Shown: positions 1 to 13,219, counted from the stretch's first letter. The stretch is DNA of 64,000 bases from Callorhinchus milii (GCF_018977255.1 NW_024704743.1:62188001-62252000), one strand, 5' to 3'. Numbers and translations: made by a program. Notes: generated by a model from the letters alone, not told the origin.

Positions 1-155
1 ACATCTTAAATACCTCTTTGACGGTGCTTTCAATCATTTTTCCCTCCCCACCACTCTTGACTCCCAACCATAGTTTGGGTGCCCATCGAGCACTGTAAAT
101 GTTCTTTAGGATGTCCTGTTGTGAAAGCCATGTAAATGTAAATTGTATTGTATTG
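1..155 (+). mobile_element. L2 LINE 3' end
   Basis: Decayed ORF2 end, C-rich 3'UTR, GGATGTCC..GTGAAAG motif and (TTGTA)n tail, as in other L2 ends in the window. Confidence 0.7.
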
Positions 156-537
156 ATCTTACTTTCCACATTGTGTCAATGTGTCTCATTTTTACCCTGT
201 TCTGCTTCACCTGGCTACCTCTTTTGCTCTCACAGTCCATAAGGAAAACAGTGACCAAACACAGAAGCTTCAGTGTGAAACAAAGAAAGTATTTGTATTT
301 TTAATGCATCATAATCATGTTGAAACATCTCAAAGCTCTTCACTGGTAGTTAGTCCAATATAATGGCTGCATTTGCAGGCAAACGTGGCAGCCATTTGCA
401 GCAGCAAAGTCCTATATAAATACAATGTGTTGTTGTTGTTGAAATTGCCCTTTTCAGTAAGGTTTTACCTGTTGTCATATGTGTAAGTATTGTTGTGGGT
501 TGGTTTCTTCAATCCCATTTAAAACCTTACTGAAAAC

Positions 538-758
538 CAGTGGTGGCCAACCTGTGGCTCACGGACTGAAATTGCCCATGGGGTCGTCAAGGAGAGTTCC
601 CTGAATGTTCACATGAGTCAAGGTTAGTCCGTGTTCAACCGGTAGTGTGTTTTCATTTTTTTCTTGATTGAATATTTCTTGATTTATGGTATAAATGAAG
701 AAATATTCAATCTTGAAAATGTATTTTGTTGGCTGACCATAAAGGTTGGCCACCACTG
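538..758. mobile_element. hAT (Charlie-like) MITE
   Basis: Perfect 16-bp TIRs CAGTGGTGGCCAACCT (538-553) and AGGTTGGCCACCACTG (743-758). No 8-bp TSD visible. Confidence 0.7.
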
Positions 759-1049
759 TTATATAAAGTATCTTTATAAGGTCCCTTATAAGGCATCGCT
801 TTTCAAGGTTGAAGTGTTCCAGCTTGACTAATCATTGCTCATAGCTCATTCTTCTGACATTCAGGACACCACATTCTTCAGTCAGTGAAACCATTTTTTT
901 GAGAGGTAATTTCAGAAGAACAATTGCTATTTGAAGAAAAATGAGGAAAAGAAAGCTTGTGGGACAAGACGGAGAACAAACAGCTAAACAGATGAGAAAC
1001 TTAGATTTGTATCAAAAGGTGCCTGTTTGACTGGGCTTTTAATGATCTT

Positions 1050-1163
1050 TCTTTTCATCCACCCCCACCCCTGACTCCCACCATTATCTCAGTGTCCATC
1101 CATCAAATGACACACTTTGAGACGTCCTCCCGACGTGAAAGGCACAATAAACTGTTGTATTGT
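1050..1163 (+). mobile_element. L2 LINE 3' end
   Basis: GAGACGTCCTCCCGACGTGAAAGGCAC followed by a TTGTATTGTA tail. Confidence 0.75.
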
Positions 1164-2740
1164 ATCTAGTTCCATGAAAGATGGGCTTGGCAGAGTCTCT
1201 CTAGATATGGGAACAGTATTCACGTTGGATGGACTTAGGTTTTATAAGGAGTTGAGAGCTGTTGATGAGAAAATAAATATTTATCACAAAAAGGAAAACG
1301 ATAACAATCCTTAGCAAATGGAATTGTAAGAATTCCAATTTAGGAACGAGGCACAGTAACTAGAAATAGCCTTTATTTTCAAGCTTCTGTCCCTTTAACA
1401 GTTGACTGGAGCATTCAGGACCCTCACAAATAGAGTATCGTTGGAATCTGCACTTGCCAGTATTCTTAAAGTCTTCATAAATATCTCGCCTGCTGCATGC
1501 TAGATTAATTTGAGATTAATGAACCAGAAATGCATGAACTGACTATTAAATTGCACATTCTTTATGCTTTTCACCTCAAATTGTTGTTGCCAAAATTTCC
1601 TGCAGCATCACTCATGAATAATCACTTGGTTTCAGACAGGCACAACCATTTCCAAGTGATTATTTATGGATTGTAATGAAGGTCACTGCAGAGTCGAAGA
1701 TTTAATATGATTGTCTGCTTTCAACCAACAGTGGAGCCGTAATGAAAGATGAGGCAATGTTATTGGTAAGCAAGAGTACAGCAGGTGGGACCACATGCTA
1801 TTCTAAGTTATTAGAATCACTCTGGTTCATACTGCTCCCTAAACAGAAGACAGCATTTTAATATCTTCAGTGCTTTTATTGTTAAGTTTTATTCATTTTT
1901 GGGGAGGATTAAAAGCTGATTATTAGACAATATTTCACATTGACTTTCTTTTTTATATTGTATTTATTAGGTTCATACTAGTAGTAAGGCTTTATAGAAA
2001 GAATACCCTACCTTGATGTAGGCATTAACAGTAATACAATCTGTTCCACATAAAGAACCTTCGCAATGTACTGTCAGCAAGATCGTGTAACATAGCAATG
2101 AGGGATGGTGCAACACATTCATAGCTTACAATATCACAGAGTAAGCAATCTAAAATTGACTTGCTCTGCAGTCTTGGGCACTATGTTATACAAGTTTTTT
2201 TTATCTTAATTAAAACCTTGATAAATGAACTCGTTGATAAATTCATGGACAGTTACTGCCCAACAAATGCTGAGTAAAATTTAAAAAATCTCTCTTATTT
2301 TGTCGAAACAAACATATTCTCAGTTCTTAAAATGGCAAGCTGATGTGAAAACTGACAGTCAATTTGATGATTATTACTAAGATATCAGCATACTGTCAGT
2401 TATTCTGCTCCTGTCAATGTCTCTCTCTATTGATATCCAGCTGTGAGATTACCCTCCAATTTAGCAATAGTTGGTCCAAAACTTTTGTGATAATCATTGA
2501 GTTGGTCAGTGATGCCATTGAACCTGCTGTCTGCTGGCTCATGGCTTTTCAATGCCATTTCAAGAACATTGGCTTATCTCAACTTCTAATTCATATTTTT
2601 CACTCCATTTCTTGGATTACCCTTAAGAGCATTAAAAAAACAATCAACAAGAAAGAAAAATCAGCCCATGATGTCCATTCCTCCTACTGACAACCCAAAC
2701 CCTGATCTAGTTCCTGGTACCTGCCATTCACCTGCCAAGC

Positions 2741-3143
2741 TATCAGCCTGGCTCAGTTGTAGCATCCTTACTTCTGAGTCAGATGGTTATGGATTCAAGC
2801 CCTACATTCGGACTTTGAACTCACAAGTCTTGCCTGCCACTCTAGTACAGTGCTAGGGATGCATTGCATTGTTGGATGTTCTGTCCTTCAGATGAAATGA
2901 TAATTCAAGGTTGCACCTGCCTGTTCAGGTGGATATTAAAGATCCATGGCGTGATATGAAAGGAGAAGGGAGATTCCCCTTAGTGCCCTGGCTAACAATC
3001 CCCCCCAAATAAAATGAATGGTTCGTCACTTCATGGCTGTTTGTGGTCATTCTTGTGCACAAATTAGCTGCTTTGATTGCCTATAAAATATAATCACTCC
3101 AGTAAATTCTGTGAAGAGTTTGAGTTGTCCACCTGACATGAAA
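2741..3143 (+). mobile_element. Deu-domain tRNA-derived SINE; tail displaced to 4126-4166 by an L2 insertion
   Basis: A-box/B-box head (GGCTCAGTTG..GATTCAAGCC), Deu core (CCTGTTCAGGTGGATATTAAAGATCCATGGC); tail GACATGAAAGGTGCTATATGAAATGCAAGATTATTATT resumes at 4126. Confidence 0.85.
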
Positions 3144-4125
3144 CAAGAACAAGAACAATAACAAAATTACATTTGTATAGCGCCTTTCTGAAATGCTGTA
3201 ATCTGTCCAGCGCCTTGGGACGTCCTCCCGACGTGAAAGGCGCTATACAAATGTAATCTTGCTGTTGTTGTTGTTTCACGTCAGGTGGATGTCCCAACGA
3301 CAGACAAAGTTATGGCCCCGAGCTGAGGCTCGGGGTGGGGGAGGGGGGAGGGCGGGGAGAAGAAGGGAGCTCGAAAGCAGGGTCGAAGAGGTGGGTCTTG
3401 AAGGTGGCGCGGAAGAGGACAAGACGGAGGGACTGCGGGATCGAATTCCAGAGGGTAGGGGCAGAGTGGCGGAAGACCCGCCCGCCAATAGTGTGGTGAG
3501 CAAGGCGGGGACGTGAAGCAGGCCGGAGCCCCCTGAGCGGAGGGAGCAAACAGGGTGGTAGGGGTTTAGAAGGTCGGAGAGGTAGGGGGAGAGCAAGAAT
3601 GTGGAGGGCATTGAAGGTGAGGACCAGGATCTTGAACTGTATCCTACTGTGTGATGGGAAGCCAGTGGAGTTGGGTGAGGATGGGGTGATGGGGTCGCGG
3701 AGCCTAGTGCGGGAGAGGACACGGGCTGCAGAGTTCTGGATGATCTGCAACCTGTGGAAGGAGGATTTGGGGAGGCCGACAAATAATGAGTTTGCATAGT
3801 CGAGCCTCGATGTAATGAAGGCATGTATGAGGGTTTCAGTGGCCTGCGATGTGAGACAGTGTCGGAGCTGGGCGACGTTGTGGAGGTGGGGGATGGCAGA
3901 GCGGGTTCTGGCGCAAATGTGGGATAGAAAGGATAGTTGAGGGTCAAACAAAATCCCAAGGTTCTGGACTGACTTAGTGAGGTGGAGTGTGCAACCATGG
4001 ATGGTGATGCTGTCAGCGCCTGAGGTGAGGAGGCACTGATGAGAGCCAATCAGGAGAGCCTCAGTCTTGTTGACGTTCAACTGAAGAAAGATAACTCTCA
4101 TCCAGGACTTGATGTCTGACAAACA
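3144..4125 (-). mobile_element. 5'-truncated L2 LINE (ORF2 RT C-terminus + 3'UTR)
   Basis: ORF 3310..4122(-) has L2 motifs WM..FLQLNVNKTEALLIG, NLGILFD, LIHAFITSRLDYANS, LQIIQNSAAR, RIQFKILVLTF. 9-bp TSD GACATGAAA at 3135-3143 and 4126-4134. Confidence 0.95.
3200..3273 (+). mobile_element. Short L2 3' tail nested antisense in the L2 above
   Basis: CCTTGGGACGTCCTCCCGACGTGAAAGGCGCTATACAAATGTAATC followed by (TTG)n. Confidence 0.75.
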
Positions 4126-5169
4126 GACATGAAAGGTGCTATATGAAATGCAAGATTATTATTATTAGATCCACCCAGTGAAGGCTCAAACCCACACTTC
4201 TTTGATATTATGACCAACCAATGACTGTCCTCCTAGGGAGGGGTAGCTTAGTGGATAGCCATAATGAGGACAATGGTGGCTAACAATCCACCCAAATAAA
4301 ACAAATATTTACTCACTTCACAGCTGTCTGTGGTCATTGCTGTGCACAAATTAGCTGCTTTGATTGCCTACAATCACTACAGTAAATTCTGTGATAAGCA
4401 ATGGGAAGCTTACCAGACATTTCTTTCAAAGGCAAGCTATACAGTTTTAGCTGATTAAACATACCCTCTGTGGTCCCAAGCTTTAGCTCTTGCCAATGCT
4501 ACTTCTACACCTAATACTCTCTGGAATTAAGCAAGTAGAGAGCGTCACTTCAGGGAGAGAGTATGTATGTCCATAAAATTGCCCTGAAATGGGCTAAGAA
4601 ACCGGGAGTAAACAAATGGAAGTGCAGGAAGGGTTAACACTGTTAGAAACATAACCATCCACTCTGCAAACTTAATAGAAATGAATCTTAAAATCTCTTT
4701 GCACAGCAGGAAAGATGAAAAAGCAGCAGAATACAGCATAATGGAATTAAAATCCCATTTTTTTTCTGATATCAATTCTCTTTGCTTGTGCGAGCAGAAT
4801 ACTTTAATACTTCTGTGCATCTGGGAGCCCTGATTAATTATACCTGAAAATCAGTGATGTTTCCTGCCATCTGGTGCCTCTATAGTTTATAATCTCTGTG
4901 AAGCTCCAATGATTTAGTGAGAAGTCTCCTATTCTTTGAATTTTGTTCTGGTTGATCTATATAAGTGTTTATCTACATTTCACAACTGATCCAAAAAAAT
5001 TGACACCATTGTTATTTTACCTTCTGTTCCACCGAAAAGTAAAATAGTCTCTGAAAGTCTCTGATTTCTCTTTCTAGAGAATGTCATTCTGTTGCATATT
5101 AAAGGAACCCACATTTTAGGTCTGAAATTCCACCTAGTGTTAGCCTTTAAAACTATTCTGTCTCAATAC

Positions 5170-5576
5170 AATAATAATCGCTGCATTTGGTATAGCATCT
5201 TTCATGTCATTAGGACATCGCAAAGCACTTCACAGGATATACTGTAAAGTAAATTGACTATGGGTGAATGTGGCAGCTAATTTTGCTCACAGCCATGTCA
5301 CACAAACAGCCATGAAGTGTATTTGAGAGATTGTTTGAAAAGAGAAGGGAGTTTCCCTCAGGACTCTTTCAAATAGTACCATGGGATCTTTAATATCCAC
5401 TTGAACAGGCAGACAGGACCTTAATGTTAATGTTTCATCCAAAGGATAACACCTACAATAATGCAGCACTTCCCCAACACTGAATTGGAGTGTCAGCTTA
5501 GACTCAATATGAGACTTGAACCTACAACCTTTCTGACTCAGAGACGAGATTGCTACCAATTGAGCCAGCATGACAC
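5170..5576 (-). mobile_element. Deu-domain SINE, near full length
   Basis: Reverse complement gives TGTCATGCTGGCTCAATTGGTAGC head, Deu core and L2-type tail with (TTA)n. Confidence 0.85.
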
Positions 5577-6464
5577 ATTTAACATTTACAAAAGGGCAGA
5601 ATTGTGGAACATTCTTCAATTCAGTCTTAATCTGAAAGCGTGTTCTTTTTAAGAACTCTTGTAAACAAGTTCCCAAATTTATCCTGATCTGAAGAATTTT
5701 CCACAATTCTGCATGATTTTACATTTTAAGACAATATGGTCTTACAGTCTAAGACCAAGATTTTTTTAAAAAGAAGTGTAAATTAGCTCAAAACTGAAAA
5801 TAAGGCTGTAAAGGTAACAGGTATGGGAAAATAATTAATCCTTTAATTTAAACCAAATCTGAATTAGTCCTAATTTAAATAAAATACAAGTCTAGGATAT
5901 TAACTGTCTTTCACAGCCTAAATTTGATGATGCGACACTGGCTTCCAACATTCGGAAATAAAGTTTGTCAGAAATGCTATGTTTACTTTAACGACAGCAT
6001 CTCAGCCATTGAGGAGGCACCTTCTATGACGACTGCTTCAGGCAGCCAAAGCACCATGACAAACACATTCAGTTTATCAATGTGGAAGCCCATTAATGAG
6101 CTGTGGAGGGCAGAATTGTGAGACATTACTATAACAAAACAACAAAATCATAAAAAGGCCAATTCTCAGATGAGGCGCTGTCACATGTTGGTTGCAGTCT
6201 GCACTGGAGCAACACCAGCACATTCTTGTAGGAGGAGATCAGCCCTAGTGTGCAGAAGAGGGGAATGTCATGTTTGGCAGTGACCCCCAAAGTCAATGCT
6301 TTCTCCTAGTCACAGAGTAGACTGAGAAGTCCATAAGAAACTGTGCCACTCTTTGTGTCATAAAACACTTTGGGACACTATCCCACGTGAAAGGTGCTAT
6401 ATAAATACAAATTGTTGTTGTTGTCATAATAGAGTATTAATATTACTTTGGAGTAGAATGATAG

Positions 6465-6705
6465 TAGAACAAGAGGACACAGGTTTAGAGTTGCAAAGGA
6501 CAATTTCAGATGCAGAAATGTTTTCTTTACTCAGAGGGTAATCAATGACTGGACCAAGTTTCAAAGAAAGGCAATAAGAGGCCAGGACATTTGACTCGGT
6601 TAAAAAAACAGCTTGATGCCGTGATGGGGGGATGGTAAGATGGGTGTTCTGGAGAGCTGAGGTGAAAGGCCTTAATCATCCAGACCAATCTTGTGATCCT
6701 GAGAT
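6465..6705 (+). mobile_element. CR1 LINE 3' fragment
   Basis: ACAAGAGGACACAGG (TRGH) and TTCTTTACTCAGAGGGTAATCAATGACTGG (FFTQRVINDW). Confidence 0.75.
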
Positions 6706-7879
6706 AGCACACATATTACACAGTAAGAAGAGCTGAAGTTGTAAATAATATGTGTTACAAAGCTGTTCTGACAGGTAAATGTAAGCAATAATTTATTATG
6801 CAACATGATAAATATGAAAGCAGCAGGATTATACAAATTAAAATGAACATACATATTAGCAATGATAATCCCATGCCATGATGGGATCAGTTATTGAACA
6901 ACAGGAGTTATTTTTATGGGCCAAATCTGCTCGTCTCAATCATTCTGTTCCCTTCTACATTAACAAAACTATTGGGGTAATACTATCAATAAATGGATTT
7001 TGATTTTAATGTTAACTTGCATTGTGTCACTCTTTAATTGTGCTTGAAGTAAAGAGTCAGTTGCACTAAGACCAAATCAAAAAAAGATATGCAGTGAACT
7101 GTAAAACTGAACAGGGACGTCATATAGTAGCTTTGTGACTGTAAACATATCCATTTGAAAGTGAGACATAAATGCATCAAAGATAGCCGAAGGGGCTTTG
7201 AAAAGCACATTACTGAAAGGATATGGAGCATACAGACAAATGCAGAAAGGATAAAGTGACAGTCTCTGCTTTTAATGGATGCGTGTGCTGATTGAATGCA
7301 CTAATTTGTAAGGTTCACCTGCAGGATTGCCCGTGAAACAGATATTGGGCAGCAGTAATGGCAGCAGAGAGCCAGAGCAGATTCTTAACCTTACAGAAAA
7401 CAAATGTATGGAATGGACTGAATACAACAGAAAGTACTGGGGTCTAATTTGCTGTAGTTCTTAATAGGATTCTTCAACAAACTGCATGAAAAAGAGACCT
7501 CTTTCACTAACTGGAAGAACGTCAAACCAACCCATGGGAATGCCACTCCATAATGCAATCTACTTCCAGAGTAGAGCTCCTATGCTAAGAGAAATTTTAA
7601 CATTAAGGAATTGCTTAAAGAAATACCACAAATTAGACACTGTTGCCTGAAGGATTGCTCAAAACAACCCTTAAGTTATGGTCACTCAAACATACAAGAG
7701 CAGTGCAGAAGGTGCAGAGAGAACAGTAAAATCAACAACAACAACAAGATTACATTTGTGTAGCCCTCTCACGTCAGGAGGATGTCCCAAAATCAATGAT
7801 CCTAAGTGTTGGGGAGATGATGTTCAAGAAACGATTGGAGTGAAACCTGAGAGTTAAAGTCCAGAAATAAGGCAATTGA

Positions 7880-8100
7880 GGGGAGGCCTTTCAGGAGAAG
7901 CCTTTATTTCCAGTATTTGGATGTTTCCATTCTCTGAGAGCATCATCTGCAGAGTTAAGGATCCTGATCACCACCTTCTGCATTTTATTGTTAAGACCAA
8001 TTTCTATCCGATTAGTTCATTTAACTTTAATTCAAAACCTCAATCTTCTTTAGGAACCCCCTGCATGGATCTTTATTAAATGCTTTCTGAAAATCCATAC
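7880..8100 (-). mobile_element. Old CR1 RT fragment
   Basis: Minus strand encodes MDFQKAFNK, resembling the DFQKAFDKVP motif; heavily decayed. Confidence 0.55.
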
Positions 8101-9074
8101 AGCATGAGTATAAGCTAAAATAATGGATGAAAAAGGCCTCCGCCAAGTTTCTCCAGTCTTTCTCTGTGTGCCATCCCACCTAACATTTCACTCTTCCCTC
8201 TGCACCCTTTGCAATGATTGTTTATGCTTTTTGCGGTGTGGCCATAACCAAGCACAATGGGGCAAGAATTGCAAACTGATATGCAATCAGATCAGCGACT
8301 TTGTGATATCTAACACATATACTAATCCTGGATGTGCTGGATTTGCCCCCGCCCCACCCCACCCCCCAACACACTTTTCAATGGTCACACGAAGATTGTG
8401 GATAATAATAATCCTTGCATTTGATATAGTGCTTTATTACATCTTCAAGATGTCTCGGAGTTGTGATGGATGGGCTGTGCATTGCGTTTCCTGCTCACTC
8501 ATAATGTCATTGGACTGCTGGTTAGCAGGATACTGGTTTTACTCTGTGTTTTTGTTGAATTAAGTAAGTATACTGCTAACTTGCAACCATAAGCAGTTTG
8601 GCTGGCTTCTTCATGGGCCTACGGGAAGGGTTTTGGGGCACGTCTGTTTAGAATTACATAGAATATTGCAACATGCAAACAAGCTATTCTGTCCACCTAG
8701 TTTGTGCCAGTGTTTATACTACACACAAGCCTCCATCACTCCTTGTCTCGTCCCCCGTAGCCCTCTGTTCTATTTTCTCTTTTGTATGCAGTTGTGGTAA
8801 TCATAAATCACTAATTTCAATCTAAGTGTTAATTAGCACCCTATGTGTTAATTAACAACACATTTCACAATTTTCACTCCACTATTTCAAGTTCTGTCAC
8901 ACTTTCTTATGTTCTTACTTTTAATATTCTAATCATATTCCTTCACTTCATTTCCAGTTGGATTTAGCAGTTGCTAACTTTCTCTGAAAGCCCCATTTCT
9001 TTGAAAAATCTCTACAAACCACAGCAAATGCATCAAACATCCACAAGTTATTGTGCAGTGATTTTTATTGCAGA

Positions 9075-9520
9075 ATGATATAGAGCCTTATCACATACTC
9101 GAGACATCTCAAAGTGCTTCACAGAAATATACTGTAAAGTGGATTGACACTGCTGTGTCCAATTGGCTGCCATGTTTCACCTACAAAATGTACCGTATAT
9201 ACTGTAAAGTGAATTGAGACGAGACAAGGAGTGATGGAGACGTCTCAAAGATGTGATAAGGCACTATATAAAATGCAAGGATTATTATTATATAAAGTGG
9301 ATTGACTGTATAGGTGAGTGCGGCAGCCAATTTGTCCAGAACAATGTTTCACAAACAATCATGAAATGAATGAACTATTTTATTTGGGAGATTTGTTGGC
9401 CAGGACTCTGGGAGAAACTTCCTTCTCTTTTCGAATAGTGTCATGAGATTTTTAATGTCCACTTGAAGAGGCAGATGGGACCTCAATTTAACATCTCATC
9501 TGAAGGACGGCACCTCTGAT
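9075..9520 (-). mobile_element. Deu-SINE with a nested plus-strand SINE tail (~9149-9292)
   Basis: Deu core on the minus strand; the nested tail is bounded by repeated TAAAGTGGATTGAC (9135-9148, 9293-9306). Confidence 0.75.
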
Positions 9521-11445
9521 CAACCCTGCCTTGGAAAACGTAGAAATGTGTCCCATTCAAATTTGCTTTTCAAAGAAACCACATTGTGTTACTTTGAGAG
9601 CCAGTTATTTGTCCCAGTTATAATTGCTCTAGGCTTACGGCCACTCTTCGTGCTGGTTAACTGATAGCATCTGTGTAAAAGATCCACTGTACTACAGTCT
9701 GTTCATTCCTCAGGCGCAGAACACATTTTGCTAGTAACCTCTGTGAAAGATGAGATTCTTGATATCATGAATGTTGCCAAACCTCAAAGACAGTAGATTT
9801 TTCTCATGAACAAGAGTTCAACAAACTCAGAGAAAGTTGTTACATTTTTTTCATAACATACATTGCACGAAGCTCTGATGATATATAAGAAGCTACATTT
9901 ATATTAAAGCATCCCGCTTTAGAAACTGATTAGTATAAATCTATGGCTGTTCCTTGTCAGTCACTTAAGGGAGATACCTGAAGGCGCATCGCAGTACTTT
10001 GTGGTCTAATGGCAATGTTTGGATTGATAGGTAAGAATGATAAAATACATCTCTGTGAGACAATTGTATTCCATTATAATCGGCTGCCACATACAGACTT
10101 GGCTGACGAGCAATTTACTGTCATAAAGTAAGATTGATTTGTTTTGCTGATGTGTTGCTTAAGCTTTCTAAAAATGCCTGCTGATTACACATAATTGCAG
10201 TGTGTAACTAGACTACCTGATCTACTTGCAATTATAATTTCCATTTAAAACTCTGAACTTAGCAACAAGTTTTCTGAGCACTGTGTACCTGTTAATATTG
10301 GGCCACTAATCATGAAGAAACACAAAGGAGTCCATTGATCTTTCTGTCTCACAAAACTTCAAAGGTAGAGGAATAAGTCATTTCAAATACATTATGAATC
10401 AAACTACTGCCCTTTAATATCTTTAACTACTGCCCTGTTTATGTGCTGCTTTTTTTTTAAGAATTGACGTGCAAACCCTCACGTTGTCCATCTCAGATTT
10501 TTCTCTTCCTTTCCTCCAGCTCTTAAAAGAACCAGCACATAAGCTGAATGGCCTTCTTCTATGCTGTAAATGTCTGTAGTTCTATCTCAGAAACATGCTT
10601 TCTATGTAAGGCTCCTCCAATTTGAATGCTGTTGTCCATTCATGGTGCAGTATCCTCTATATGGTAAGGCCAAATACAGATTGAGATCAGACAACTGATT
10701 TGCCAAAGTTCTCCATGTTAACTGTAAGACTGATCCTGACCTTGCCAGCCTCATCCCTCAACTCCCACTCCCACAGTCATTCTGGCCTTCATATCCATAA
10801 ACTCCTTCATTGCTGAAATCAACCTTAAACTTCAGGAATACCAACTTATCTCCCTCACGAGTACTCTAGCCTCTGGTCTGATTATAAAATTGTACAATTC
10901 TTTACCTTAGTTGTCTTCCCTGCTTTCCTGCCAATTCCCCAGCAGTGTTATTTTTCTTTCTCATGTCTTCGTATGCTTGCTTGTCTGACTCCAAACTGAA
11001 GCTACTTTGGTATCACTATCAGGATATTAACATCTCTTTCCACCATTTCACAATCTGTTAATGATCCATCATCTGCCTCTGTGTGAATGTAGTTAATGAA
11101 TTAGATTTCCTAAATTCTTCCTAATGGGTTTCTTTTTGTTCTGCCCTAGTTGCCCTCCTCATCTAAAAGTAAAAGATTGATAATTGACTGGAATGCAATC
11201 ATGCATGACTATCAAATCTGTTATGAGGAGTTGGAGCCCCAAATGAGCATATTCAGCAACTGAAATGTGTGATGCAAAAAATTGTGATTGAATGAAGGAC
11301 ATCTCTGGTATTGAAAGGTTAAATATCAAACTAACACTAGTTAACAAAATATAGCAGATGTAGTACATATTAATATTAATCCTTGCCTGTGATATGTGCC
11401 TTATCACATTGTCAAAATGGCTCAAAGCATTTCACAGGATTTGTT

Positions 11446-11790
11446 GCAACAACAACTTGCATTTATATAGTGCTCTCCACGCAGGGTAGCATCTCAGAGT
11501 GCTTAACAGTGGCGGAGCCTGACTCCGAGCAGGTGGGGGAGGTGACCGTAAGCACAGTTGAAAAGGAGGATTATCAGGTGGAATTTGAAAAAGGGAAGAG
11601 ACGGGACAAGCCGGAGGGATTGAGGGAGAGTGTTCCAGAGGCTCGGGGTGTAGTGGCTGAATGCATGACCTCCAATTGTGGAGCGGAGGGTGCGAAGGAT
11701 GAACAGGAGGCCGGTAACAGTCAAGTGGAGGCGCCGGGTGGTGGATTGGGAAGTGAGTAGATCACAGAGGTAGGGAGGTGTCGGGGAATT
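11446..11790 (-). mobile_element. L2 LINE 3' fragment
   Basis: ORF 11503..11724(-) STIGGHAFSHYTPSLWNTLP; (TTG)n tail. Confidence 0.85.
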
Positions 11791-12555
11791 GCAGAGTGTA
11801 ATGACTGTCTATTTTCGTAAGGACATTCAAATTGCCAATAGCCATGTCTCATAACAACAACAACTTACATTTACACAGTGCCCTTCACACGGGGTTGTGT
11901 TCCGGAGCACTTATACAATCATGAAGTGAATGCTCAATTTTATCTGGTCGCCAGGACACCGGGAGAAGCTTCTTTCTCTTTTTGAAGAGTCCAAACAGGC
12001 AGATGGGACCTTGGTCTAACCTCTCATCTGTAGAACATTAACAATTGGAATGTCAGCCTAGACTGGGAGTTAACATTTGACCTCAAATCAACTCTTCTGC
12101 ATATTGGTTTAAATCTGGGCCCATCTCACATTGTCGCACACATCAGAAGGTTGCCGATTAAGCAAATGTACCAACTTTTATTTACAAACAATAAAAACTA
12201 ACAATAGTTTTGCTAGAAAACATTAAAGTATCAAAATGAATGTCCTTCATGGGTAATTTATCTGTAAAGTAACAGTTCAATGCTTTGTCCTTTTCAAACA
12301 GTTGCAGCCTTTAGATTGAAAGTGTTTTTAAATATACAGAAAGAGCTTTGTTTTTCTCACAGCTTATCACTCTCAATAGATTTGCAGCAAGCAGACCGTA
12401 GACTCTTGCATGAAGTTTGTTCTCTCAAATAGAACAACGTAGTTAAAGACTGCTCCTCAGTCAGTTCAAAGCAGAATCTGTCCATTGGAGAATTAACTCT
12501 TTCTTCAGGCATCAATTTAGGGCAAGCTGGGAGTTATTTGATCTAAGTGGTAATG

Positions 12556-12888
12556 TGTCAACTTGGTTCAGTTGGTAGCACTGGCCTCTGAGTCAGTGGT
12601 GCTATCTTTTGGATGAGACATTAAACCAAAACCCCATCTAGGGTTCGGATGGACGCTAAAGATCCCATCCTATTCAAAAAGAGAATTTCTCCTGGTGCCC
12701 TGGCCAACAATCTCCCTAAATAAAATTGGTCATTCCTTTCATGGCTGTTTTATGGGGTATTGTTGTGCACAGATTGGTTGCTGTTTGTGCCCACAAAACA
12801 GACTCATTGCACTTCACAGTATATCCTTCTTAACGCTTTGGGACGTTCTTCTGATGTGAAAGCCATTATATCAAATCTAAGGATGTTA
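12556..12888 (+). mobile_element. Deu-domain SINE with internal deletion
   Basis: TGTCAACTTGGTTCAGTTGGTAGC head, GATGAGACATTAAACC..AAAGATCCCAT core, tail. Confidence 0.8.
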
Positions 12889-13219
12889 ATTCTGTAGTGT
12901 TTACATGCTGTCTTCTCCCAAAATAATTATGTCTGCTCAGCACCTAGCTCCTCCTTCTGAACCATCATCTGCAAGGCTGACTCCACATTTAAAAAGATCA
13001 CCCTAGGAATGGTAATGTTCCTCAAAAAATGTTCCTTATTTCCATGTGATTCTTCAACTCAATGCATAATTCTTACCTGAGATTCAATGGCCTGGTCAGG
13101 TGAATGGAGAATACTAGAGTGATGCTTACTCCTTAGTTTGATGTATCTGTGCCCTTACTTTAATTAATTTAAGTTGGAAGTTCTACTTTGCTTGGTCATC
13201 ACTTCTCTTTGGTGCAACA

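Noticed and set aside
1731..1764. 34-nt micro-exon (CAG..GTAAGC)
   Set aside because: Such signal pairs are common by chance, and no partner exons were found.
3276..4049. 257-aa S/P-rich ORF and similar ORFs at 32868, 34422 and 35005
   Set aside because: Alternative frames or antisense strands of GC-rich L2 sequence.
4864..4878. CTCF-like site CTGCCATCTGGTGCC
   Set aside because: A single imperfect match, expected by chance in 64 kb.
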